Source: Alphaproteobacteria bacterium
GTDB taxonomy: Bacteria > Pseudomonadota > Alphaproteobacteria > UBA7887
Direction of reading: 5' to 3'
Length of the DNA stretch: 64,000 nucleotides
Assembly: GCA_030739735.1 (NCBI GenBank)
Contig: JASLYQ010000008.1
Coordinates: forward strand, 29,747-93,746
This document shows positions 12,800 through 24,038 of the stretch, one piece after another (within the stretch, counting starts at the first letter, position 1; every line of letters starts with the position of its first letter). A program made the position numbers and the translations under genes. The notes beneath the pieces were generated by a model. That model was given only the letters and a program-made list of their open reading frames with translations, did no database searches and had not been told where the DNA came from.

Positions 12800-12885
12800 C
12801 TACGCCCGCCAAGCATGGCGCGCAAGCGCGCCTTGCGGCGACCCACATTGCGCCCCATACTCCGCCGCCCCGACGGGAGAATGCT

Positions 12886-14091
12886 ATGCGACTGTCAGAC
12901 TTCGAGATCAACGACGGTATGGGGCGGCTCGGCACAGAAAGTGCCTTCGAGGTGCTGGCGCGTGCTAACGAAATCACCCGCGAAGGCTATGAGGTGATTA
13001 ATCTCGGCATCGGCCAGCCAGATTTCCGCACACCGGAGCATGTGGTCGAAGCTGCCAAGAAGGCGCTCGACGACGGCCATCACGGCTACGCCCCGGGCAA
13101 CGGCATTTTACCCCTGCGCGAGGCCGTAGCAGCCGATATTGCGACCTATCGCGGCGTTACAATTGACCCTGATACGGTGGTCATCGTCCCCGGGGGGAAG
13201 GTGACAATGTGGTATGCTATCCTCATCTTCGGCGGCCCCGGCACCGAGATTATGTATCCCAATCCAGGCTTCCCAATCTACGAGTCGGTGATCCGTTATT
13301 CTGGCGCAAAGCCGGTGCCAATCGCGCTGAGAGAGGAAAACGGTTTCGCCTTCGATGCCAACGAGGTACTGGCACAGATCACACCTGAAACACGGCTAAT
13401 TATCCTCAACAGCCCCGCCAACCCGACCGGCGGCGTGGTGCCGCGCGAGCAATTCGACAAGCTCGTCGCCGGCCTGGAGGCGCATCCCCAGGTCACGGTG
13501 ATGTCAGATGAGATCTACGCCCGGTTGCTCTATGACAACACCGAGTTTGTTTCCTTGCTCGGCTATCAGTCTCTGCGCAACCGCCTGATCATCCTAGACG
13601 GTTGGAGCAAAACCTATGCGATGACAGGCTGGCGCATCGGCTACGGCATTTGGCCGGCGCCGCTGGTCGATCTCGTAACGCGCCTCAACATTAACTCTGT
13701 GAGCTGCACAAACACCGCGACACAATTCGCCGCCATGGCCGCCCTGCAAGGCCCGCAGGATTCTGTCGAGAAGATGCGCACCGCCTTTGACACCCGCCGC
13801 AAAGCCATCGTGGCCTGGACCAACCAGATTCCTGGCATGAGCTCTATCCTGCCGACAGGCGCATTTTATACTATGCCCAACATCTCGGGCACGGGCGTAA
13901 GCGCCAAGGCCATGGAAAACTTTTTGCTGGAGACGCTGCACATCGCTGCCATCGCCGGCACCAGCTTTGGCGCGTTCGGCGAAGGCTATATCCGCTTCTC
14001 CTACGCCAACTCGATCGAAAACATCGAAAAGGCGCTGAACCGCATCCGCGATTACGCCGGAAGTGAAGGTTGGGAAAAGGTATCGACCTAA
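12886..14091 (+). CDS. Second class I/II PLP-dependent aminotransferase
   Basis: [36 protein letters not shown]. Confidence 0.92.
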   Translation: MRLSDFEINDGMGRLGTESAFEVLARANEITREGYEVINLGIGQPDFRTPEHVVEAAKKALDDGHHGYAPGNGILPLREAVAADIATYRGVTIDPDTVVIVPGGKVTMWYAILIFGGPGTEIMYPNPGFPIYESVIRYSGAKPVPIALREENGFAFDANEVLAQITPETRLIILNSPANPTGGVVPREQFDKLVAGLEAHPQVTVMSDEIYARLLYDNTEFVSLLGYQSLRNRLIILDGWSKTYAMTGWRIGYGIWPAPLVDLVTRLNINSVSCTNTATQFAAMAALQGPQDSVEKMRTAFDTRRKAIVAWTNQIPGMSSILPTGAFYTMPNISGTGVSAKAMENFLLETLHIAAIAGTSFGAFGEGYIRFSYANSIENIEKALNRIRDYAGSEGWEKVST

Positions 14092-14363
14092 GGCAGCACC
14101 CGCGCCATCAGCGGCATGCCGTCGCCGAGCGGCACTCATCCCGTATGGTTGCTGACGCTCCACACCTCACCAGTGGCTGCGCTCTATCGGCACTAGCACC
14201 GCCAGTGGAATAAACACCCGATGTAGCCCGAATCCGAGCGACCAAGCGCACCAAGCAGCTTCACTGTCGCGCCCATAGTGGCAAAACAGAAGCCGGCAAG
14301 AATGATCCAGGCCGCGCCGCGGGCATTGCCGGGCAGCGCGGACCAGAGCGCCAGCACCGTCAC
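14092..14363 (-). pseudogene. Remnant of a second DMT/EamA transporter
   Basis: GTG at 14363 overlaps the stop of the intact DMT and reads MTVLALWSALPGNARGAAWIILAGFCFATMGATVKLLGA (DMT helix 1), then loses frame and homology. Confidence 0.7.
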
Positions 14364-15274
14364 GCCTGTTCCAACCGGCGCCGCAGCACCGCCTCACGCC
14401 GTGCGATATAAACCGAGCTCGAAACGATCACCGCGGCGCCAATCCAGGTCCAGCTGTCGGGTACTTCGGCGAAGGCCAGATAACCGATAGCGGATGCAAA
14501 GACTAGCCGCGTGAAGTCGAGCGGGTAGAGCGCCGTCGCCTCGGCCCCGCGCAGCGCCCGCGCTAGGGCCTGGTGGCCGAGTGTGGCGACGACACCCAGC
14601 AGCAACAGCCAGGCAAGCTGGGAGAGGGTCGGTGTCTGCCAATAGAACAACGCCGCCAGCAGCGATAGCGGCGTCATCATCAAAACCAACCAGAACACAG
14701 TCGCGTTGGCATGCTCCAGCGGTGCCAGCAGCTTGACCACGGTCTGGCTGATCGCCATCAGTAGCGCCGCACCGAGGACGCAAGCCGTCGCCGTGGTAAA
14801 CTCGGCAAAGCCTGGGCGCAAGATGATCATGGCGCCGGCGAAGCCAACCAGGATGGCGGTCCAACGCCTAGCCCGCATCACCTCGCCGAGAATCAACACC
14901 GCAGCGATGGACGCGAACAGCGGCGTCGTAAAGCTAAGCGCCGTCGCCTCGGCCAACGGCATCAGGCCGAGCCCGTAGAACCACGCCACCATCGCCACCA
15001 GCGCCAGCGCCACACGGAGCGTGTGCAGATCGATACGCCCAGGTCTGAGCGAGGTTAGACCCGGTCGCAGCAGCCACGGCAGCATCGCCAACAGCCCGAA
15101 CAGGCTGCGGAAAAAGACGATCACCAGTGTGGGCAACTCCTGTTGCGAGAGATGGCGCACGATGCCGTTCATGGAAGAGAAGCAGAGGCAGCCGAGCAGC
15201 ATCCATACTGCCGCAGTCACCGCCGGCGGCAAGCCCGCCGGACGATCCCCCCCCGTCATTGCATCCTTGGCCAT
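14360..15274 (-). CDS. DMT/EamA-family transporter
   Basis: About 10 hydrophobic helices; FFRSLFG, LPLAEATALSF-type repeat, LGEVMRARRW. Confidence 0.92.
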   Translation of the reverse strand: MAKDAMTGGDRPAGLPPAVTAAVWMLLGCLCFSSMNGIVRHLSQQELPTLVIVFFRSLFGLLAMLPWLLRPGLTSLRPGRIDLHTLRVALALVAMVAWFYGLGLMPLAEATALSFTTPLFASIAAVLILGEVMRARRWTAILVGFAGAMIILRPGFAEFTTATACVLGAALLMAISQTVVKLLAPLEHANATVFWLVLMMTPLSLLAALFYWQTPTLSQLAWLLLLGVVATLGHQALARALRGAEATALYPLDFTRLVFASAIGYLAFAEVPDSWTWIGAAVIVSSSVYIARREAVLRRRLEQA

Positions 15275-15538
15275 GGCGCGAGACTATAGAGTGGGTGTGA
15301 GCATCGCCAGCCGCCTCGGCCGCAACCCTTCGATGCCTCCTTCTGGCACGGCTGCAGCGGCAATTTCGGGCGCCGACGCCGGTGCCATGGGATCTTACTT
15401 CCCCTTTCCCTCGCACCGTGGCCTTATCCCAGAAGCCGGGTCAAGCTTGGCTTTCGTTTCGGGAACACCGGTACGAGTCACTCACGACAGGGTGCGCAGA
15501 GTCGTTCCCGCAAGCCAATTGTCTCTGCCCAGACCTGT

Positions 15539-16768
15539 TTAGTTGGCGCAGCGGCGCAGCAAGAGAATATTCACACCGTTGAGCGCGGCATAGAGTTCCT
15601 CAAAAGCGGCATCGAAGGCCTCGCGGCTCGGGCTGCTGGAAAGGTCCGTGTAGATCTCATCCACGCTGCGCCTACCGTCGATGCGCAAAAGAATCGCCGG
15701 CGCCAGGTTTCCCAGGTGATGGCGAACACTGAGGGATTCCAACTCGGCGGTAAAATGATAGCTCGATGCCAGGCCGCGCGCCATTTCTTGGCTGTCGCCC
15801 TCGCGCAGAACCGGGATCATGGTACCGTCGGGACGGGCCAGGCGCTTACTTACGTTGCCTTTAGCTAGATAGGCCACGTGACGTTTCATGGATCCCGCCA
15901 GTAACTCGGCCAGAGCGCAGCGCTCGGGCCAGGCCAGAGCCGCGGCACGTGCGCATAACTCAGCGTCGCCCAGATACGTCACCGGGTCATAGCGTGCCGG
16001 CTCGATAAAGGCAGTGATCGTGAGCCCCGCCGCGCTTGCCAGTTCGAAGACCTCCGGCACCAGGTAGGCACGGTCACAGCTATGCAGCAACAGGTCGTAG
16101 AGCCCAGCATCGTCGCCATGCAAATGGTCGGCGACGAAGCCATTACGGGTTAGCCAGTTGCTCTCGGGTAGACTACCTAGCAGACGCCGCGCCAGTACCA
16201 CCTTGGCCGCCGGGTTCGTACCGCCGCCTAGCAGGCGCAGCGCCTGCTGTGCCGGATAGACGCCGGTGCGCCCAAGCGTGCCGTAGACCATCAGGCCGAT
16301 GCCACCATCGTCCGCAAGAGCGGCGGCGAGTGTGCTCAGGGCGGCCGGCGGGTCTTCGAGGTGATGCAGCACGCCGCAACAGTCGATGTAGTCAAAACGG
16401 CCAAGCCCGAGGGCGTCGAGTTCGGTCAGCGAGCCATGCACAAAACGCAAATTGGCTAGCTGGCGAGCCTCGGCCCGGGCTTCCGCGACCCGCGCGGCGG
16501 CCTCCGACAGGTCAAGATGGACCACCTCAGCCTCGATCGCCGCGTCAGCAAGCTGCTGGGCCAGCATGATGGCACCGTCGCCAGTGCCACCGCCAGCCAC
16601 CAGGACACGAAACGGACCGGCAACTGGTGCACCACCCCTCAGATAATGCTCGATCTCGGCCAGGTGGCTGGGCGAGCCCATAACCAGACGCTTGGCTTCG
16701 TCGGCCGGTTCGCGCACCGGATATGGGTAGGCTTCGTATTGGCCGCGTAAGGTATCCTCGCCGACCAA
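15539..16768 (-). CDS. Class I SAM-dependent methyltransferase
   Basis: QYEAYPYP, VLVAGGGTGD motif I, FDYIDCCGVLHHL; TTG start. Confidence 0.85.
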   Translation of the reverse strand: MVGEDTLRGQYEAYPYPVREPADEAKRLVMGSPSHLAEIEHYLRGGAPVAGPFRVLVAGGGTGDGAIMLAQQLADAAIEAEVVHLDLSEAAARVAEARAEARQLANLRFVHGSLTELDALGLGRFDYIDCCGVLHHLEDPPAALSTLAAALADDGGIGLMVYGTLGRTGVYPAQQALRLLGGGTNPAAKVVLARRLLGSLPESNWLTRNGFVADHLHGDDAGLYDLLLHSCDRAYLVPEVFELASAAGLTITAFIEPARYDPVTYLGDAELCARAAALAWPERCALAELLAGSMKRHVAYLAKGNVSKRLARPDGTMIPVLREGDSQEMARGLASSYHFTAELESLSVRHHLGNLAPAILLRIDGRRSVDEIYTDLSSSPSREAFDAAFEELYAALNGVNILLLRRCAN

Positions 16769-16771
16769 AGC

Positions 16772-17746
16772 TCAGCGCCCGGTGGTCAGCACGACCTTGC
16801 CGGTGGACTTGCGGTCCATCATCAGACGTAAAGCCTCGCCAGCCTTCTCTAAAGGCAGTTCGTGGGAGATATGTGGCGTGATCTTGCCCTCTGTCAGCCA
16901 ATCGATGAGGGTTGCCAGAGAGGCACGCATGGGTTTGGGGTCGCGGCGGCGATAGGCGCCCCACAGCACCCCCATGACGGAGCAGTTCTTGAGCAGAACG
17001 TAGTTGGATGGGATCTTCTGAATGGTACCGCTGGCGAAGCCAATGACTATAAGTCGCCCTTCCCAGTTGATGCTGCTGAGCGCCTGCTGGAAGACATCAC
17101 CGCCGACCGGATCATAGACCACGTCAGCGCCGCCAGTCAGTTCTCTCACCCGGTCGCGAATATTCTCGTAGCTGTAGTCGATGCCGTGGTCGGCGCCATA
17201 TTTTGCGGCGACTTGCAGTTTTTCCGGGCTCGAGGCACAAGCGATGACGGTTGCGCCCATGGCCTTACCAATCTCCACGGCGGTCAGGCCGACACCGCCG
17301 GAAGCGCCAAGCACAAGCAACACCTCACCCTGGTGCAAATCGGCACGATGCTCGAGCGCCAGATGCGAGGTGCCATAGGCTACCGGAAAGGCTGCCGCCG
17401 CCCGCAGGTCCACGCTCGCGGGGACCTTCAGCACCCAGTTGGCGTCCGTTACCACATCCTCGGCGAAGGCGCCTGTGCCGGTCATGGCAATTACGGTGTC
17501 GCCCATGGCGAGATGCTCTACACCCTCGCCAAGCGCCGTTACGGTGCCCGAGAGTTCCATGCCCGGGGTGAAGGGCAGCTCGGGCTTTTCCTGATATTTC
17601 CCTTGAACGATCAGGATATCGCCAAAGTTGAGGCCAGCCGCGTGAACAGCGATCTTGACCTCACCCGCCGCGGGTGTCGGCGAAGGGACATCCTCCACCA
17701 CCAGCCCCTCGGGTTCACCCAATGTCTTGCAAAGAACCGCGCGCAC
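16772..17746 (-). CDS. NADPH:quinone oxidoreductase (zeta-crystallin/MDR family)
   Basis: GTG start 17746 after GGGAG; PFTPGMELSG, GASGGVG, YDPVGG, KSTGKVVL. Confidence 0.93.
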   Translation of the reverse strand: MRAVLCKTLGEPEGLVVEDVPSPTPAAGEVKIAVHAAGLNFGDILIVQGKYQEKPELPFTPGMELSGTVTALGEGVEHLAMGDTVIAMTGTGAFAEDVVTDANWVLKVPASVDLRAAAAFPVAYGTSHLALEHRADLHQGEVLLVLGASGGVGLTAVEIGKAMGATVIACASSPEKLQVAAKYGADHGIDYSYENIRDRVRELTGGADVVYDPVGGDVFQQALSSINWEGRLIVIGFASGTIQKIPSNYVLLKNCSVMGVLWGAYRRRDPKPMRASLATLIDWLTEGKITPHISHELPLEKAGEALRLMMDRKSTGKVVLTTGR

Positions 17747-17807
17747 TATTATCTCCCTCACATCCTGGCATCGACCGGTCGGTGCCCCGGCTTTACGAGG
17801 CGCTGTC

Positions 17808-18359
17808 ATGGCCGACCAAACCAAAGGCTATTTCGGTATCGGTGTGGAACGGATATCAAAGCCGATGAACCTCGGCAATCTGTTCCGCTCGGCGCACGCC
17901 TTCGGGGCGTCATTTCTGTTCACCATCGAGGCAGCGACCAAGATCGGACGACCACGCTCGGATACCTCCGCCTCAGCCGATAGCCTGCCCACTTGGCACT
18001 ACAATTCGCCGGGCGATTTGAGCCTGCCAGAGGATTGCACCCTGGTGGCGATCGAGCTAGTCGATGATGCGCAGGTGCTACCGAGCTTCCGTCATCCGCG
18101 CCGCGCCGCCTATGTGTTTGGTCCGGAAATAGGCTCGCTGAGCCTCGAGGTTTTGGCACGCGCCGATTCGGTAGTGCAGATTCCGACGCGGTTTTGCATC
18201 AACCTTGCCGCCGCCGGTGTGGTGGTGATGTATGACCGCCTGATCAGTCTCGGTCGCTTCGCCGAGCGCCCGGTCAGCGAACATGCTCAAGCCGTGCCAT
18301 TGGCCCCGCCGGTTCATGGTGATAAAATAAAACATTCCGGCCGGAGACAAAATGTTTAG
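17808..18359 (+). CDS. SpoU/TrmH-family RNA methyltransferase
   Basis: KPMNLGNLFRSAHAFGA, YVFGPE, CINLAAAGVVVMYDR SPOUT motifs. Confidence 0.9.
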   Translation: MADQTKGYFGIGVERISKPMNLGNLFRSAHAFGASFLFTIEAATKIGRPRSDTSASADSLPTWHYNSPGDLSLPEDCTLVAIELVDDAQVLPSFRHPRRAAYVFGPEIGSLSLEVLARADSVVQIPTRFCINLAAAGVVVMYDRLISLGRFAERPVSEHAQAVPLAPPVHGDKIKHSGRRQNV

Positions 18360-18864
18360 CAGAATATTCATTCTTCTATTTACTTTTATCTCAACCCTTA
18401 CTTCACCACTTTTTGCGGCCGAGAACGACGACGCCCTGGGGCGCTTTCGAGACTGGTACGCCGCGGCCTACACGGATGGTGGGCGCACCATCTGTTATAT
18501 GGTTAGCCGGCCAAAGGTCGAGGTGGGTGATTACACTCGGCGCGGCCCTGCCTATGTGCAGGTAACCCGACCCAAGGGCGATAACGGACCGGACGTTGTT
18601 AGTCTCGAAGCCGGCTACCCCTTTGCCGAGGGCGCCGAGATTGAGGTTGCCATCGACGGCACAACATTCTCTCTGTTTACCCAGGGTGAGACCGCCTGGG
18701 CTTACGACAGCGCCGGCGATCGGGAGCTATCCAAGGCCATGGCGAGCGGCGCCAGAATGATCGTTAGGGGCACCTCAGCGCGCGGAACCGAGACCACAGA
18801 CACCTATTCCCTGATGGGCTTCAGCGCCGCCCGCAACGCCATGGCCGAGGCCTGCGGAGAATGA
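18352..18864 (+). CDS. Invasion-associated locus B (IalB)-family exported protein
   Basis: Signal peptide; G.F.DW...[23 protein letters not shown]; usual position upstream of rlmN. Confidence 0.85.
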   Translation: MFSRIFILLFTFISTLTSPLFAAENDDALGRFRDWYAAAYTDGGRTICYMVSRPKVEVGDYTRRGPAYVQVTRPKGDNGPDVVSLEAGYPFAEGAEIEVAIDGTTFSLFTQGETAWAYDSAGDRELSKAMASGARMIVRGTSARGTETTDTYSLMGFSAARNAMAEACGE

Positions 18865-19943
18865 GCAGATCCCTGATCGGGCTCGATCAGGAGGCACTTG
18901 TCGCCGAGATGGGCGCAATCGGCGAGAGGCCGTTTCGCGCCAAGCAGCTTTGGCACTGGATCTATTGGCGCGGTGTGCATCACTTCGAGGATATGAGCAA
19001 TATCCCAAAGAGCCTGCGCGCATCGCTTGCCGACCACTATAGCCTAGCGCGACCCAATATCAGCACCTTACAGCTGTCCGATGACGGCACACGCAAATGG
19101 CTGCTCAGTTTCGACGATGGTGGCGAGGCAGAATGCGTGCATATTCCCGAAGAGAATCGCGGTGCGCTGTGCGTCTCCTCCCAGGTCGGCTGCACTCTCT
19201 CGTGCGCCTTCTGCCGCACCGGCACCCAGAAACTGGTGCGCAATCTCGATGCCGAAGAGATCGTCGGCCAGATGCTGGTCGCCCGCGACACAATAGGCGA
19301 ATGGCCGAGCCCGCCGGAAGGGCGCATGGTCTCAAACGTCGTCATGATGGGCATGGGTGAGCCGTTGTTTAATTACGATAGCGTAGCAACAGCCTTACGC
19401 ATTTTTATGGATGCTGAAGGAATTTCGTTGTCGCGCCGCCGCATCACCCTGTCGACCGCCGGCGTGGTACCGCTAATCCGCAGGCTGGGCGAGGAGCTGG
19501 CGGTCAACCTTGCCGTCTCGCTCCACGCCGTACGCGACGAGTTGCGCGACGAGTTAGTGCCGATCAACAGGAGGTACCAGATCGCCGAGTTGCTGCAGGC
19601 CTGCCGCGATTATCCAGCGGCGAGCAATGCGCGACGCATCACCTTCGAGTATGTCATGCTCAAGGGCATCAACGACTCGAACGGCGATGCACACGAACTG
19701 GTACGCTTACTGCGAGGCATCCCGGCTAAGATCAACCTGATCCCGTTCAACACTTGGCCCGGCGCACCGTACGAATGTGCCAGCAACAACCGCATCCACG
19801 CTTTCACCCGCATCGTCAACGACGCCGGCTACTCCTCGCCGGTACGTGTCCCCCGCGGCCGCGACATCATGGCCGCCTGCGGCCAACTGAAGAGCGCCAG
19901 CGAGCGGGTCCGGCGCGAAAAGACCGGACTGGCCCCGGCGTGA
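18861..19943 (+). CDS. rlmN: 23S rRNA/tRNA adenine C2-methyltransferase RlmN
   Basis: [15 protein letters not shown] radical-SAM motif, [15 protein letters not shown]. Confidence 0.98.
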   Translation: MSRSLIGLDQEALVAEMGAIGERPFRAKQLWHWIYWRGVHHFEDMSNIPKSLRASLADHYSLARPNISTLQLSDDGTRKWLLSFDDGGEAECVHIPEENRGALCVSSQVGCTLSCAFCRTGTQKLVRNLDAEEIVGQMLVARDTIGEWPSPPEGRMVSNVVMMGMGEPLFNYDSVATALRIFMDAEGISLSRRRITLSTAGVVPLIRRLGEELAVNLAVSLHAVRDELRDELVPINRRYQIAELLQACRDYPAASNARRITFEYVMLKGINDSNGDAHELVRLLRGIPAKINLIPFNTWPGAPYECASNNRIHAFTRIVNDAGYSSPVRVPRGRDIMAACGQLKSASERVRREKTGLAPA

Positions 19944-20284
19944 GCAACAGCCCGCTGTGGCTGCGCCCGGCGGTGCCGGCAGACCTGCCACAGCTAGAGG
20001 CCTGGTGCGCCACGCTCCGCCCCGACGAGCGCCCGCCTTTCATCGCCGTAACCTTGGCCGAGTTCGAACAATCTCCCGCACGTGGCGTCCTGCTAATCGT
20101 CGGGGATGGCGAAAGAGAGACCGGCTTCGTGGTGCTGGTGCGACATTGGTCCAACCGTGCATGCGGGGAGATCGCCGTGATCGACGACGTTCTAGTCGAG
20201 CCTGCGGTCGACGTCGTCCTGTTACGCAAAGAGGTTGAGGCCTATGTGAAAGGGCTTGGCATCAACGACCTGCGCAACAACTGA
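19940..20284 (+). CDS. Short, probably degenerate GNAT-like protein
   Basis: [10 protein letters not shown]-terminus and GFVVL...IDDVLV strands fit GNAT, but the R/QxxGxG acetyl-CoA loop and C-terminal strands are absent; 114 aa. Confidence 0.55.
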   Translation: MSNSPLWLRPAVPADLPQLEAWCATLRPDERPPFIAVTLAEFEQSPARGVLLIVGDGERETGFVVLVRHWSNRACGEIAVIDDVLVEPAVDVVLLRKEVEAYVKGLGINDLRNN

Positions 20285-20321
20285 CATCGATGCCGTCATC
20301 CTCTGCCGCGATATGGCGGCA

Positions 20322-20350
20322 TTGACAGGCTAGGCCACGCGGGCTATTCG
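20322..20350 (+). promoter_or_regulatory. Putative sigma70 promoter of argG
   Basis: TTGACA (20322-20327), 17 nt spacer, TATTCG (20345-20350). Confidence 0.55.
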
Positions 20351-20381
20351 CAGCGCGCACCCACACTTTCGAGGAATCGCC

Positions 20382-21590
<1,209 letters not shown>

Positions 21591-21870
21591 CATGCCGGCG
21601 ACGCGCAGGCGCTTATGGCGGCTGCTCGCGCCCGAGACGATCGTGATATCCCCCACCGCCACACCGAGAGTCTTGGCCAGCAGCTTGACCAGCGCCCGAT
21701 TGGCCTTGCCGCTTTCGGGTGCCGCCGAGACGCGCACGCCGAGCCAGGCGCACCCGTCGGACGTCTCCACGGAGCCCTCTATCCGATCGCTGCCGCCGCG
21801 GGGGGTGAACCGCACGGCGATCTCTACGCCGCCGTTCGCGGCGCCGCGATAGGGAAAATAAGGTGTGGTG

Positions 21871-22158
21871 CTAGAGCCCTGCCAGCCAACCACTAATGAT
21901 AACATCTTGGAGAAACCACAAGCCTACGATGGCAATCAGCGGCGAAAAGTCGATGCCCCCAGTGGCTGGTAGAAAACGGCGGATACGTCGCAACAGGGGT
22001 TCGGTAAGCACATAGAGCGCATTTCCGACTGCATAGACGAACTTGTTGCGTGTGTTGACCACGTTGAAGGCCATCAACCAACTTAGAATCGCCTGAGCAA
22101 CGATAATGCCAATGTAAAGGCCGATGAGCTTATCGACAAAACTCAACAAATCGAGCAT
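21871..22158 (-). CDS. yggT: YggT family membrane protein
   Basis: ILSWL.AFNVVN, LTEPLLRRIRRFLP..GGIDFSP. Confidence 0.93.
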   Translation of the reverse strand: MLDLLSFVDKLIGLYIGIIVAQAILSWLMAFNVVNTRNKFVYAVGNALYVLTEPLLRRIRRFLPATGGIDFSPLIAIVGLWFLQDVIISGWLAGL

Positions 22159-22181
22159 GGATGTGGCGGGCCTCGAAGGGA

Positions 22182-22210
22182 TTTACGGTGGGCGGGACGC
22201 AGTATATAAC
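22182..22210 (+). promoter_or_regulatory. Putative sigma70 promoter of tRNA-Ala
   Basis: TTTACG, 17 nt spacer, TATAAC, about 50 nt upstream of the tRNA. Confidence 0.5.
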
Positions 22211-22260
22211 ATGCGCCCGCTGGGGCCAGGGCTGAATCTTCGGCCGTTTCTGGCGCCTGT

Positions 22261-22336
22261 GGGGCCGTAGCTCAGTTGGGAGAGCGCGACGTTCGCAATG
22301 TCGAGGTCAGGGGTTCGATTCCCCTCGGCTCCACCA
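22261..22336 (+). tRNA. tRNA-Ala (anticodon CGC)
   Basis: 76 nt cloverleaf; acceptor GGGGCCG/CGGCTCC with G3:U70; anticodon arm CGACG-TTCGCAA-TGTCG; GTTCGA T-loop; encoded CCA. Confidence 0.98.
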
Positions 22337-22337
22337 C

Positions 22338-22496
22338 CTATCTCTCATAATATTCGGCGGAGCCAAAGGTTTGGTCGAGCACGACACGTCCCTTGTGGGC
22401 GATCGCGATCGCACAACCCAGCTGCTCAGTCTGCCGCATCTGGTAACCGAGCCACTGCGGAACATACGCCGCCGCCGCTTTCAGCCATCCATCCAT
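22338..22496 (-). pseudogene. N-terminal stub of a beta-lactamase-family serine hydrolase
   Basis: ATG 22496 after GGGGGAG: MDGWLKAAAAYVPQWLGYQMRQTEQLGCAIAIAHKGRVVLDQTFGSA, then stop after 52 aa, before any SxxK motif, right next to the tRNA 3' end. Confidence 0.75.
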
Positions 22497-22523
22497 TACG
22501 CTCCCCCGAACGAGTCCTCCGTC

Positions 22524-22552
22524 ATTATAGCGCGGCTTAGAGGCGCAGTCAG
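22524..22552 (-). promoter_or_regulatory. Putative sigma70 promoter of the hydrolase stub
   Basis: Minus strand CTGACT, 17 nt spacer, TATAAT. Confidence 0.55.
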
Positions 22553-22662
22553 AGCACGCAGGTGTTGAGAGTCCACGGGACTTGCACCAGCGCGACTAAC
22601 CACATACCTAATCTGTGAATGATGGGTATTCCCCACTGCCATTGCGAAGAGAGATTAAACGG

Positions 22663-23085
22663 GTGCTGCTCAAACTCTCAAAAAAGGAGATCGCGGCGGT
22701 CGAGGCGGTTCTCGACATCGCCTTGAACGGTGGCGGCGAGCTCGTGCAGTCAGCCGATATCACCGCCCGCCAGGGGATTCCGCCACGCTATCTCGAACCG
22801 ATCCTGCAAAAGCTTGGCCGCGCAGAGGTGTTGGTCGGGGTGCGCGGGCCGGGGGGCGGCTACCGCCTAGCGCGCGAGCGCCGACGCATTACGCTGTGGC
22901 AACTGGTCGACGCGATGCGCCCTGAAACCGATGTTCAGACAACACCCAATTCCGATGCTCTGGCTGACACGCTGGCCATTATCGAAGCCGATGTCCGCAC
23001 CCGCCTCGATGCGATAACCATAGAAGCGCTGTGTTGGGGAAAGGCGCCGCCCAAGCATGCTCCCAACCGCGACTTCATCATATGA
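22663..23085 (+). CDS. Rrf2-family regulator (CymR-like, no three-Cys Fe-S motif)
   Basis: [23 protein letters not shown] winged HTH; single Cys; C-terminus DFII; ATGA overlap with cysK. Confidence 0.9.
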   Translation: MLLKLSKKEIAAVEAVLDIALNGGGELVQSADITARQGIPPRYLEPILQKLGRAEVLVGVRGPGGGYRLARERRRITLWQLVDAMRPETDVQTTPNSDALADTLAIIEADVRTRLDAITIEALCWGKAPPKHAPNRDFII

Positions 23086-24038
23086 CGGAACCGGTGAGCG
23101 TGCGCGGCCATATCTATGGCAGCCTATTGGAGACCATCGGGGCAACCCCGCTCGTAAGCCTGTCGCGGCTGGCGGCGGATGAGGGTTGCTTGGCAGACAT
23201 TGCCGGAAAGTGTGAGTTCTTTAACCCCTTGTCGTCGGTCAAGGACCGTATCGGCCTGGCCATGATCGAGCAAGCCGAGGCAGCCGGCGAAATTGGGCCC
23301 GGCACCGTTATCGTGGAGCCTACCTCCGGCAATACAGGCATCGCGCTCGCTTTCGTCTGTGCCACCAAGGGCTACCGTCTGATCCTGACCATGCCCGAGA
23401 GCATGTCGGCCGAGCGTGGGCGCATGGTGCGCCTGTTCGGCGCTGAGATCGAATTGACACCCTCGGGCAAGGGTATGCAGGGCGCCATCGCGCGAGCGGA
23501 GGAGCTGCTCGCAGAGCTGCCCGACGCCTACATGCCGCAGCAGTTTCGCAACCCCTCAAATCCGGACATCCACGCCCATACCACGGCCGAAGAGCTATGG
23601 CAGGACAGCGCGGGCGCCATCGACGTGCTGGTCAGCGCCGTCGGCACCGGCGGTACCATCACTGGTATTGCCACAGTGCTGAAATCGCGCAAGCCATCCT
23701 TGCGAGCCATTGCGATTGAACCCGAAGACAGCCCGGTGCTTTCCGGTGGCCCGGCCGGCCAGCACCAGATCCAGGGCATCGGCGCCGGTTTCGTGCCCAA
23801 GGTGCTAGATACCGACATCATCGACGAGGTGGTGCGTATCGGCAATCATACCGCCTTTTCGACCGCACGGCGTGCCGCCAGACTCGAAGGCCTACCGGTC
23901 GGCATCTCTTCCGGCTCAGCGCTTGCCGCGGCACTGGAGATCGGTTGCCGGCCGGCTATGGCTGGCAAACTGATTGTCGCCATCCTGCCCTCCTTCGCCG
24001 AGCGCTACCTCTCCTCGCCCCTGTTCGAAGGTCTATAA
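23082..24038 (+). CDS. cysK: Cysteine synthase A (O-acetylserine sulfhydrylase)
   Basis: [11 protein letters not shown] (PLP Lys), [21 protein letters not shown]. Confidence 0.97.
   Translation: MTEPVSVRGHIYGSLLETIGATPLVSLSRLAADEGCLADIAGKCEFFNPLSSVKDRIGLAMIEQAEAAGEIGPGTVIVEPTSGNTGIALAFVCATKGYRLILTMPESMSAERGRMVRLFGAEIELTPSGKGMQGAIARAEELLAELPDAYMPQQFRNPSNPDIHAHTTAEELWQDSAGAIDVLVSAVGTGGTITGIATVLKSRKPSLRAIAIEPEDSPVLSGGPAGQHQIQGIGAGFVPKVLDTDIIDEVVRIGNHTAFSTARRAARLEGLPVGISSGSALAAALEIGCRPAMAGKLIVAILPSFAERYLSSPLFEGL

Noticed and set aside
15275-15538. Possible structured RNA or small ORF (MAPASAPEIAAAAVPEGG...) between the methyltransferase and DMT genes
   Set aside because: No recognisable RNA family motif, terminator or protein homology could be established.
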